From NCBI GenBank assembly GCA_035711805.1, contig DASTBV010000155.1, positions 68,659 to 132,658 on the forward strand: a stretch of DNA of 64,000 bases, written 5' to 3'. The notes beneath the pieces were generated by a model. The model worked only from the letters and a program-made list of their open reading frames with translations. It was not told where the DNA came from and did not search any database. The translations under genes and the position numbers were made by a program. This stretch comes from Vicinamibacterales bacterium. GTDB taxonomy: Bacteria; Acidobacteriota; Vicinamibacteria; Vicinamibacterales; UBA2999. Shown in pieces: positions 12,006 to 20,190 of this stretch (positions are counted from its first letter, which is position 1; the number at the start of each line of letters is the position of its first letter).

Positions 12006-13100
12006 GTGAGCAAACTGCGAGTGGGCGTGATCTTCGGCGGTCGATCGGGCGAGCATGAGGTGTCCATCGCATCCGCCGCCTCAATTTTCAAACATCTCGA
12101 TCGCACGCTCTACGAGCCCGTGCCTATCCGGATTGAAAAGGATGGGCGCTGGGCGCTGACCTCGAAGATGCCGACGGCGATTTCCGCGGCCGACGTCCTC
12201 AAACAGTCGGCAACCGAAGCGCTGCAGGTCGTCGAACCCACGGCCGCCGTCAGCCGATCCGGGATCGACGTCGTGTTCCCGGTGCTGCACGGCACCTACG
12301 GCGAAGACGGCACCGTCCAGGGGTTGCTGGAGCTGGCGAACGTGCCGTATGTCGGGTGCGGCGTGCTGGCGTCCGCAGCCGGGATGGACAAAGCGGTGAT
12401 GAAGAAGCTCTTCATTCACCACGGCCTGCCGGTCGGTCCGTTCATCGCCACTCTGCGTCACGAGTGGGAGCGGGATGGGGCAGCCATCACCAGACGCGTC
12501 CGCGAAGAGCTGACGTACCCGGTCTTCGTAAAACCCGCCAATCTCGGTTCGAGCGTCGGCATCTCCAAAGCGAAATCGGATGGCGACTTCGAGAAAGCGA
12601 TGACGATGGCGCTGCAGTTCGACCGCAAGGTGGTCATCGAGGCGGCGGTGCCAAACGCCAGGGAGCTCGAGTGTGCCGTGCTCGGAAACGACGACCCCGA
12701 GGCCTCGCTCCCTGGCGAGGTGATTACCTCGCGCGAGTTCTACGACTACGAAGCGAAGTACCTCGACGACAGCTCGCAGACGCTGATTCCGGCGCCGCTC
12801 GACGAGCGGCAGACCGCCGAAATCAGACGACTCTCCATCGAGGCCTTCAAGGCCGTCGAGTGCGCCGGCATGGCGCGGGTCGACTTCCTCTTGTCGCGCG
12901 ATACCGGGCAGCTGTTCGTCAACGAGGTCAACACGATCCCCGGCTTCACGACCATCAGCATGTATCCGAAGATGTGGGAAGCCACGGGGCTGCCGTATCC
13001 GCGGCTGCTCGAACGGCTCATCAAGCTCGCCATCGAGCGGCACGACGAGAAGCAGCGGCTGCGCACCAGCGTGACCGAAGACCACGTCGATGACCGATGA
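12006..13100 (+). CDS. ddl: D-alanine--D-alanine ligase
   Basis: VGVIFGGRSGEHEVS N-terminus, an ATP-grasp core and a C-terminal NEVNTIPGFT motif. GTG start. Confidence 0.92.
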   Translation: MSKLRVGVIFGGRSGEHEVSIASAASIFKHLDRTLYEPVPIRIEKDGRWALTSKMPTAISAADVLKQSATEALQVVEPTAAVSRSGIDVVFPVLHGTYGEDGTVQGLLELANVPYVGCGVLASAAGMDKAVMKKLFIHHGLPVGPFIATLRHEWERDGAAITRRVREELTYPVFVKPANLGSSVGISKAKSDGDFEKAMTMALQFDRKVVIEAAVPNARELECAVLGNDDPEASLPGEVITSREFYDYEAKYLDDSSQTLIPAPLDERQTAEIRRLSIEAFKAVECAGMARVDFLLSRDTGQLFVNEVNTIPGFTTISMYPKMWEATGLPYPRLLERLIKLAIERHDEKQRLRTSVTEDHVDDR

Positions 13101-14374
13101 TGGTAGAGGCCGACCTTTCCGCCTCCGCCGGTCGCGAGCGACCCGACGCAAGCCGCGTTGTCTGCGCGGTCCGGGTTGCGGACCGGGCTACGGCGGACCT
13201 CGCCGAAGCGCGAAGGCGGGCAGGTCGGCCTTTCATCGTGTTGGTCACGGCGGCGACGGCCGTCGCGATTGCCGCCAGCATCCCGCGCGTTACAGCACAA
13301 TCCCCAGGCCTGACCGGCGGCGAGCAGGTCGCCCGCACCTACGACACCATCCTGGATGCCCGGTTCGAAGAGGTGACTCCTCTTCTGACGGGCACATGTC
13401 CTCCAGCGCCCGCCGAAGTCTGCCAGCTCCTGGCGGTGGTCTCGATGTGGTGGCAGATTCAGCAGGATCCGCTGCAGCGTGGTCTCGATCCGACATTCCA
13501 GCAGCAGGCGGACGCGGCCATCGACCAGATGGAGCGATGGACCATGCGGGAACCCGGGCGTGCCGAAGCGTGGTTCTACCTGGGAGGCGCTGTCGGCGCG
13601 CGCGCGCAGTGGCGCGTACTGCGCGGGCAGACCGTCGCCGCGGCCCGCGACGGCAAACGCATCAAGAGCTCCCTCGAGCGGGCGCTCATGCTCGACCCTG
13701 GCCTCCTGGATGCCTACTTCGGCATCGGCCTTTACCACTATTACGCCGGGGTGGCGCCGGCCTTCGCGAAGATCCTCCGGTGGCTTCTGCTGCTGCCGGG
13801 CGGGGACCGCGAGCGCGGGCTCGACGAGATGCTGCGCGCCAGGAACGGCGGTCAACTACTCCGCAGCGAGGCCGATTACCAGCTCTATCAGATCTACCGG
13901 TGGTACGAAAAGCAGCCGTCGAGGGCGATCGAGCTGCTCACCGCTCTGGCTGCGCGCTACCCGCATAACCCGCATTTTTCTCAGCAAATCGCCGAAATCG
14001 AGGACCACACCGAGAACCACGCCGGCAGCCTCCGCGTGTGGGAAGAGCTCCGCGAGCGCGCGCGGTCCGGGCGCGTCGCAAATGCGCCAGCAGTCCTCGC
14101 GCGGGCCGAACTCGGGACGGCCCTCGAGCTCGATCACCTTGGGCGGCCCGAAGCCGCGCTCCCGCACCTGCGCGCGGTCATCGACGCGAAGCCGCGCTCA
14201 CCCGTCGGCGCCGAGGCGCTCGCGCAGCTGCAGCTGGGCAACGCCTACGACCGGCTCGCGCGCCGCGAACAGGCGATCGCGGCCTACCGCGCCGCGCTGG
14301 CGATGAACCCGGCGGGCGATCCGCTGAAGATCGAATCACGCGCGCGCACCGGACTCCGCACGCCGGCTCGATAG
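13097..14374 (+). CDS. TPR-repeat protein, probably secreted (start uncertain)
   Basis: TPR-like helical repeats. The ATGA overlap with the ddl stop favours 13097. However, 13102-13234 matches an intergenic palindromic repeat family, and a signal-like segment begins near 13238. Confidence 0.6.
   Translation: MMVEADLSASAGRERPDASRVVCAVRVADRATADLAEARRRAGRPFIVLVTAATAVAIAASIPRVTAQSPGLTGGEQVARTYDTILDARFEEVTPLLTGTCPPAPAEVCQLLAVVSMWWQIQQDPLQRGLDPTFQQQADAAIDQMERWTMREPGRAEAWFYLGGAVGARAQWRVLRGQTVAAARDGKRIKSSLERALMLDPGLLDAYFGIGLYHYYAGVAPAFAKILRWLLLLPGGDRERGLDEMLRARNGGQLLRSEADYQLYQIYRWYEKQPSRAIELLTALAARYPHNPHFSQQIAEIEDHTENHAGSLRVWEELRERARSGRVANAPAVLARAELGTALELDHLGRPEAALPHLRAVIDAKPRSPVGAEALAQLQLGNAYDRLARREQAIAAYRAALAMNPAGDPLKIESRARTGLRTPAR
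13102..13234. repeat. REP-like palindromic element, copy A
   Basis: Arms GGTAGAGGCCGACCTTTCCGCCTCCGCC and GGCGGGCAGGTCGGCCTTTC. The same arms occur in inverted order at 27692-27769. Confidence 0.6.
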
Positions 14375-14469
14375 CACGAAGGCACGAAGAGGTCGAAGGG
14401 CACGAAGAGGTCGTGGCCGCGTTAAGGGAACGGAGTCTTCGTAGCTTCGATCGCTTCGCGCCTTCGTGC
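14374..14469. repeat. Imperfect long hairpin built from CACGAAG-type repeats (likely terminator of the TPR gene)
   Basis: GGCACGAAGAGGTCG occurs twice in tandem (14381-14395 and 14398-14412). It is mirrored by CTTCGTAGCTTCGATCGCTTCGCGCCTTCGTGC. Confidence 0.5.
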
Positions 14470-14576
14470 TAATGGAGTTGATCGCTCGCGCCGACACTTG
14501 ACAGAGTGGGTGCGATTGGACGTGGCTTTCGCACGATGAAGACCGCGATCTTTTGACAAGCCGATCGATTTTGTGC

Positions 14577-14604
14577 TTGACAGTAAGAAAATCTCACCCA
14601 TAAT
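14577..14604 (+). promoter_or_regulatory. Near-consensus sigma70 promoter upstream of micro-ORF 1
   Basis: TTGACA (14577-14582), a 16-nt spacer, then CATAAT (14599-14604). Confidence 0.55.
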
Positions 14605-14698
14605 CTACATCTGGTATGAGGGTGGATGGCTCAGCCCACCCGTTGTGACGGCCAAGCGGTTCGTCGGAGGCTGAGTCGCTAACTCTAAGGAGAGCACA

Positions 14699-14749
14699 AT
14701 GGCGAAGAAGGCCAAGGGCGCGAAGAAGAAGGCCGCGAAGAAGCGGTAG
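14699..14749 (+). CDS. 16-aa Lys/Ala-rich micro-protein MAKKAKGAKKKAAKKR (copy 1)
   Basis: AAGGAG lies 6 nt before the ATG, with a promoter upstream and a strong terminator downstream. A second copy at 14990 differs only at synonymous positions. Confidence 0.55.
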   Translation: MAKKAKGAKKKAAKKR

Positions 14750-14768
14750 TTCTTCGACAAGGCTTCAA

Positions 14769-14800
14769 GGGGTGCTCGCCAAGGGCACCCCATTTTTTTT
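14769..14800 (+). terminator. Rho-independent terminator after micro-ORF 1
   Basis: GGGGTGC...GCACCCC stem followed by an 8-T run. Confidence 0.8.
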
Positions 14801-14989
14801 ATCTCTCGATTCACAGCACCTAGTTGACGCGCTCCCGATGACACGCACGCCACACCGCGTGTCGAAGTTCTGCGGGAGTGTCCCACGAAGCGAGAACGCC
14901 GGTATCCGGCCCGACGTGCCAGGCGGCAGGGTGCGCCGGGTACCGTGGCGCACATCTCGCGAATAGTTCACGTGAAGGGGGGGATTCAG

Positions 14990-15040
14990 ATGGCGAAGAA
15001 GGCAAAGGGCGCGAAGAAGAAGGCCGCGAAGAAGCGCTAA
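14990..15040 (+). CDS. 16-aa Lys/Ala-rich micro-protein MAKKAKGAKKKAAKKR (copy 2)
   Basis: Identical peptide, with a GAAGGGGGGG purine-rich RBS. The 3 nt differences from copy 1 are GCC/GCA, CGG/CGC and the stop TAG/TAA. Confidence 0.5.
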   Translation: MAKKAKGAKKKAAKKR

Positions 15041-15062
15041 CTTCGAAAGCCAGAGGGCGGGG

Positions 15063-17234
15063 TTACTGCGATGCGGTGACCCCGTCCCAAATCCGCACGC
15101 TGCGCACGATATCCCACTGCGCAATCCGATCGACAACCTCCATCCCGCTGACTACGTGCCCGAACACGGTGTACCGCGCATCCAGGTGCGGCTGCGGTGA
15201 GTGCGTGATGAAGAACTGGCTCCCGCCCGTATCCTTCCCCGCGAGCGCCATTCCCACCGTCCCACGCAGATACGGACGCTGATTGATTTCATCGCGGATG
15301 GTGTAGCCGGGACCGCCCTCCCCGTCGCCGCGCGGGTCGCCGTCCTGGACCACGAAGTCCGGCACGACGCGATGAATGGCGAGGCCGTTGAAGTATCCCT
15401 TCCGGGCGAGCGTCACGAAGTTGTCCACGGTCAGCGGAGCATCCAGTACCGCCAGCTCGATCTCAATCGTGCCCTTGTCGGTTTCGATGAACGCGTGCGG
15501 GGAATACTTCGGATTCACCAACGTGAGGATCCGCTGCTCGTCGGCGGCGACGTCCGACGGCGCGGGGCGCATCGCCGCGTCCACGTCGGCGGCGCCGCCC
15601 GGTCGCAGGACCGCCGCTGCCCGCAAGCGCAGCGCCCAGTCCTTGTCCGTCAGTGCCTGTTGGAGCATCTGCCGCCCGGTTGCGGGTTCGATGGCAGTAA
15701 TCGCGGTGAGTATCGCGTCCCTGGCGCCATAAGTGACGTCGCCGAGCGCGATCTTGTACGCCTCGAGGAGCGCCGGAATCATCGCCGCGGACTTGAGCTC
15801 GCCGAGCGCCGTCGCCGCAGCCGCACGGACGGCAAAATCGTCGGCCTGCAGCTTCTCGAGCAGGATCTTCTCGAAACCCTGGGGCTTGCTCGCCGCCAGC
15901 GCCTCGAGCGCCGCGGGCACCACGCGCTGATCGCGGTCCTCCAGCAGCGCCCGGAGCCGTGGGAGGCTGCGCTCGCCCGGAAGCGTTCCAAGCGCCGCCG
16001 CTTCAGCCACGCGGACGCTCCAGTCCCGGTCCGGTTCCAGACCCGCAAGCGTGGCAATGAAAACGTCGGGATCCACCCGCGCCAGCGCCCGGAGCGCTGT
16101 GCCACGGATTCCGGGCAGCGGATCCATCATCAGGTCGATGAGCAGATCTGCGTGTTCAGCGGCCGCGAGCGCGCCGATGCTGGTCGCCGCCTCCAGCCGT
16201 AACCCGGGATCGGCGGATCGATCCGCCACGATCTTGACCAGCAGTGCGATCGCGGCTGGCTCCGCGAGCGCTCCCAGACCGCGCACCGCCTGAATCACGA
16301 CCGCCGGATGGGCTTTCCGCGCCTCGACGATCTGCCGCAAAGCGGCCGCCGCCTGCGGCGCTTTGAGGCCGGCCAGACCGCGGGCGGAAAACGCCGCCGT
16401 GTAACGCCCCGGCGTAGTGAGCAGCGCGAGGAGGGCCGGGGCGGCGCGTGGATCATTGATGCGCCCGAGCGCGTACGCCACCGGCCACCAGCGCGAGACA
16501 GGCTGGCCGGAAGCGTCGAGCACCGCGGCCGCAAGCGCGTCGTATGACCCGAGCCGCACGAGGGCGTAGATCGCCAGTCTCGCCGCGTCCGCCGCGGGCG
16601 CCAGCGGATACGTCAGATCGTCGGGCTCGATGCCGTTGAGCGCACCCGCCGCAATCTGCCGGCGAACGATGCCGCTGACCGCGTCCGCATCGGCGCGATT
16701 GCCGATCGAGCCGAGGGCTTCAGCCGCCCGGCCCTGGACGATCGGCTCGGGATCATCGAGCGACTTGAGCAGCGCCGCACGCGCCGACTGGTGCCCAATG
16801 AGGCCGAGCGCAAAGGCCGCCATCTGCCGCACCTCGACGTCTGCGTCCGCCAGCAGCGGAAGCAGCGGTTCGACTCCTTCGACCAGCCCGACGCGCCCGA
16901 CGGCAAGAGCGGCCCGCCGTCTGACGCGTCCTTCTCCGTCGCCGAGCATCGGAATCAGATCCGACGGTGCGGGACGCGCATAGACCGCCGGCGTCTTCAG
17001 CGTCGCCGGCTGCAGGATTGCCGGTGGCGGCGGAGAGGGGTCCTTGAGGATCCGCTGGTCCTCGAGCCTGATCACCCACGCGAGCTTCTCTTCCGGCGTG
17101 ATGTCGGGGGGCGGCGCTGGGGCGGAGGGAACGACCGTGGCAACCGGGACGGAGGCACACGACGCGGCCGCAAGCGCAAGGCAGAATGAAAGGAGCCGCC
17201 ATGCGTGCATTCGCGGCGATGATAGCATCCTCAT
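15063..17234 (-). CDS. HEAT-repeat protein fused to a C-terminal cyclophilin-type peptidylprolyl isomerase (lipoprotein-like signal)
   Basis: Many HEAT/PBS-lyase-like repeats (VR.RAA.ALG). The C-terminal cyclophilin motifs are [31 protein letters not shown] lipobox. The start is 17234 (MRML) or 17210 (MHAW). Confidence 0.85.
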   Translation of the reverse strand: MRMLSSPRMHAWRLLSFCLALAAASCASVPVATVVPSAPAPPPDITPEEKLAWVIRLEDQRILKDPSPPPPAILQPATLKTPAVYARPAPSDLIPMLGDGEGRVRRRAALAVGRVGLVEGVEPLLPLLADADVEVRQMAAFALGLIGHQSARAALLKSLDDPEPIVQGRAAEALGSIGNRADADAVSGIVRRQIAAGALNGIEPDDLTYPLAPAADAARLAIYALVRLGSYDALAAAVLDASGQPVSRWWPVAYALGRINDPRAAPALLALLTTPGRYTAAFSARGLAGLKAPQAAAALRQIVEARKAHPAVVIQAVRGLGALAEPAAIALLVKIVADRSADPGLRLEAATSIGALAAAEHADLLIDLMMDPLPGIRGTALRALARVDPDVFIATLAGLEPDRDWSVRVAEAAALGTLPGERSLPRLRALLEDRDQRVVPAALEALAASKPQGFEKILLEKLQADDFAVRAAAATALGELKSAAMIPALLEAYKIALGDVTYGARDAILTAITAIEPATGRQMLQQALTDKDWALRLRAAAVLRPGGAADVDAAMRPAPSDVAADEQRILTLVNPKYSPHAFIETDKGTIEIELAVLDAPLTVDNFVTLARKGYFNGLAIHRVVPDFVVQDGDPRGDGEGGPGYTIRDEINQRPYLRGTVGMALAGKDTGGSQFFITHSPQPHLDARYTVFGHVVSGMEVVDRIAQWDIVRSVRIWDGVTASQ

Positions 17235-17244
17235 CTCACCAGTC

Positions 17245-17880
17245 ATGCACCGGTACATCGCGATCGAGGGGCCGATCGGCGTCGGCAAGACCGCGCTCGC
17301 CACGCGTCTCGCCAGCCGGCTGGATGCAACGACGGTGCTCGAAGAAACCGAGAACCCCTTCCTTGCGGATTTCTACGCCGGACGGCCGGGCGCCGCGCTG
17401 CAGGCACAGCTCTTCTACCTGCTCAACCGGCATCGGCAGCAGATGTCGCTCCGCCAGGGAAATCTTTTTGCGCAGGCCACGGTTTCAGACTATCTGTTCG
17501 ACCGCGACAAGGTCTTCGCCTACCTGAACCTCGACGACAACGAGCTGTTCATTTACCAGCGCCTCTACGATCTGCTCTCCAAGGACGTGTCTCCACCTGA
17601 CCTCGTCGTTTACCTCCAGGCACCGACGGACGTCCTGCTCCGCCGTCAACGGGATCGGGAGAAGGAGATCGAGGATGACATTCCGGAGCCCGCGGCGGAC
17701 TATCTGCGCGAGCTGAACGAGGCGTATCAGCATTTCTTTTTTCATTACACGGCGACGCCGCTACTGGTGGTGGAAACGTCCCAATTCGACCTGGCCGGCA
17801 GCGACACCGCGCTCGACGACCTGATCAGGCAGATCCGCGGAATGGGCCGTGGAACGCAGTACTACGTGCCCAGAGGCTGA
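17245..17880 (+). CDS. Deoxynucleoside kinase family protein
   Basis: [13 protein letters not shown]-loop and the dNK-like layout. An internal ATG was chosen over the long ORF-track start. Confidence 0.85.
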   Translation: MHRYIAIEGPIGVGKTALATRLASRLDATTVLEETENPFLADFYAGRPGAALQAQLFYLLNRHRQQMSLRQGNLFAQATVSDYLFDRDKVFAYLNLDDNELFIYQRLYDLLSKDVSPPDLVVYLQAPTDVLLRRQRDREKEIEDDIPEPAADYLRELNEAYQHFFFHYTATPLLVVETSQFDLAGSDTALDDLIRQIRGMGRGTQYYVPRG

Positions 17881-17950
17881 GTTCGCGGACTGCGCGGTTT
17901 TTCTGCCGCGGCTTTGACTTTTCAGTATCGACTTGTCTTAATACCCCCTG

Positions 17951-18856
17951 ATGGCGTGGTTCAAGAAGGCGCGCAAGCCCATTGCATCCTCCACCGCCGA
18001 AAAGCCAAGCCGGGTTCCAGAAGGTCTCTGGATCAAGTGCCCTGGCTGCGCACAGCTCATCTACAAGAAGGACCTGGAAGAGAGCCTCAACGTCTGCCCG
18101 AAATGCGCGCATCATTTCCGCATCAACGCGACCGAGCGGCTCCGCGCCCTGTTTGACGGCGGTCGCTACACCGAACATTTTCCGAACCTGATTTCAGTTG
18201 ATCCGCTCCGCTTCACCGACACCAAGCCGTACCGGCAGCGGCTGCAGAACACCATTTCCGCCACCGGCCTGAACGACGCGATCATCGTCGCCACGGGTCG
18301 GCTCGACAGCCTCGACGTCGTCGTGGCCGCGATGGAGTACTCCTTCATCGGCGGCAGCATGGGGGTGGTCGTCGGCGAAAAGATCGCCAGGGCCGTCGAG
18401 ATGGGGCTCGAGCAGCGGCAGCCGGTCATCGTCATCTCGTGTTCGGGCGGCGCCCGCATGATGGAGGGAGCGCTGTCGCTGATGCAGATGGCCAAGGTCT
18501 CGGCGGCGCTGGCACGGCTCGACCGGGCGCGGCTGCCGTTCATTTCAGTCCTGACCGATCCCACGACCGGCGGCGTGACGGCGAGCTTTGCGATGCTCGG
18601 CGATTTGAACATCGCCGAGCCGAAGGCGCTGATTGGGTTCGCGGGGCCGCGCGTGATCGAGCAGACGATCCGGCAGAAGCTGCCGGATGGGTTCCAGCGC
18701 AGCGAGTTCCTGGTGGAGCACGGCATGCTCGACCTGGTCGTCGATCGCCGCGAGATGAAGGCGACGCTTTCGCGCGCGCTGCGCTTCATGCGCGCGGAGC
18801 CGGCTGCAGTGGAGCGCGTTCCGGTGGGTGTCGGAATACTCTCGCGGGAGTCCTGA
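17951..18856 (+). CDS. accD: Acetyl-CoA carboxylase carboxyltransferase beta subunit
   Basis: N-terminal zinc ribbon CPGC...CPKC and a GGSMG carboxyltransferase core. Confidence 0.93.
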   Translation: MAWFKKARKPIASSTAEKPSRVPEGLWIKCPGCAQLIYKKDLEESLNVCPKCAHHFRINATERLRALFDGGRYTEHFPNLISVDPLRFTDTKPYRQRLQNTISATGLNDAIIVATGRLDSLDVVVAAMEYSFIGGSMGVVVGEKIARAVEMGLEQRQPVIVISCSGGARMMEGALSLMQMAKVSAALARLDRARLPFISVLTDPTTGGVTASFAMLGDLNIAEPKALIGFAGPRVIEQTIRQKLPDGFQRSEFLVEHGMLDLVVDRREMKATLSRALRFMRAEPAAVERVPVGVGILSRES

Positions 18857-20177
18857 CCCCGGCCACCCCTTGTCATTAGAACGTCTGTTCGCGCTCGAGA
18901 ACTTCGGGATCAAGCTGGGTCTGCAGAACATGCAGACCCTGTGCGACGCGCTCGGCCACCCGGAACGGAGCTTTGCCTCGCTGCACGTTGCCGGCACGAA
19001 CGGCAAAGGGTCGGTCACCGCATTCGCCCATCGTGCCCTGCTTTTGCAGGGCCTGCGGGCGGCGCGCTACGCCTCGCCGCACCTCGTCGATTTGTCGGAG
19101 CGGTTCGTCATCGGTGCGTCACCGGTCGATCAGCGCACCCTTCAGCAAACCGCCGACGACGTGCTCGCGTGCGTCGATCGTCTGCAGTCCGACGGCACCC
19201 TGACCGTCACGCCGACCTTCTTCGAGGTGACCACAGCCATGGCCTTCGAGATGTTCCGGCGCGCCGGCGTCGAGGCGGCGGTGATCGAGGTCGGGCTCGG
19301 CGGCCGGTTCGACGCAACGAACGTCATAACGCCAGCCGTGGCCGCCATCACCACCATCGGGATGGATCATCAGCAGCACCTGGGATCCACCATCGCCGCC
19401 ATTGCACGCGAAAAGGCGGGCATCATCAAGAAGGGAGTGCCGGTCGTCATCGGGGATCTGCCGCAGGACGCAGTCGACGTCGTTCGAGCGGTCGCCGAAA
19501 CGCACGGCTCGGAAGTCATTCCCGCACACGCGGGTGCGGACGTCGGCGTCACTCTGGAAGACGGGCGGGCGCGGCTGACGCTGGAGACACCGGAGGACCG
19601 TTACGGTCCGCTCACGCTGTCGCTCCGTGGATCGCATCAGGTCGGCAACGCGCTCGTGGCCACCAGGCTCCTTGAAATAGCTCGCGGGCACGGCATGATC
19701 GTGTCGCGCGACGCGATCGCGCAGGCGTTGACGACGACGGAGTGGCCGGCGCGCCTGGAGCTGCTGACGGTCGACAAGGGACGCCGCGTATTGATCGACG
19801 CGGCACACAACCCGGATGGCGCCGAAGCGCTGGCGGCCTATCTGCGCCAGCAGCATCCGGAGAAGCCGCCGCTCGTCATCAGCGTGATGCGCGACAAGGA
19901 CATCGGTGAAATCCTCGAGACGCTCGTGCCGGTCGTGTCGCAGGTGATCGCCACCCGCGCTCCTTCACCACGCGCGATCCCCGAAGCGGAGCTCGCGCGA
20001 AGAGTCGCTGACGTCCAGATCCGGTTGGGCCGCAGCCCGGCGGTCTCGACCATCGCCGATCCAGCCGCAGCGGTCGCCGCGGCGCTCGAGCACGCGAGCC
20101 TCGTGTGCGTGGCCGGATCGATCTTCCTTGCCGGCGCCGTTCGCGATTCCCTGCATGCGCGGGCGATTCTGCGCTGA
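18828..20177 (+). CDS. folC: Folylpolyglutamate synthase / dihydrofolate synthase
   Basis: HVAGTNGKGS P-loop and a Mur-ligase fold. The accD-folC synteny is conserved. Confidence 0.9.
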   Translation: MSEYSRGSPDPGHPLSLERLFALENFGIKLGLQNMQTLCDALGHPERSFASLHVAGTNGKGSVTAFAHRALLLQGLRAARYASPHLVDLSERFVIGASPVDQRTLQQTADDVLACVDRLQSDGTLTVTPTFFEVTTAMAFEMFRRAGVEAAVIEVGLGGRFDATNVITPAVAAITTIGMDHQQHLGSTIAAIAREKAGIIKKGVPVVIGDLPQDAVDVVRAVAETHGSEVIPAHAGADVGVTLEDGRARLTLETPEDRYGPLTLSLRGSHQVGNALVATRLLEIARGHGMIVSRDAIAQALTTTEWPARLELLTVDKGRRVLIDAAHNPDGAEALAAYLRQQHPEKPPLVISVMRDKDIGEILETLVPVVSQVIATRAPSPRAIPEAELARRVADVQIRLGRSPAVSTIADPAAAVAAALEHASLVCVAGSIFLAGAVRDSLHARAILR

Positions 20178-20190
20178 TGCGGACGACACG

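Noticed and set aside
14508-14558. Two additional TTGACA hexamers (14508 and 14553) upstream of the micro-ORF promoter.
   Set aside because: Neither has a recognisable -10 element at 16-18 nt spacing. Only the third TTGACA (14577) does.
14699-14749. Micro-ORF as a lysine-sensing leader peptide or attenuator, given its Lys-rich ORF followed by a terminator.
   Set aside because: No co-oriented structural gene follows either copy, because the next gene is convergent. The peptide sequence itself is preserved between copies while the flanks are not.
15055-15088. Hairpin GGGCGGGG...CCCCGTCCC after micro-ORF 2, considered as a terminator.
   Set aside because: The stem has a bulge and its 17-nt loop contains the stop codon of the convergent PPIase gene. 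No clear U-tract follows on either strand. It is plausible but not supported well enough to list as a feature.
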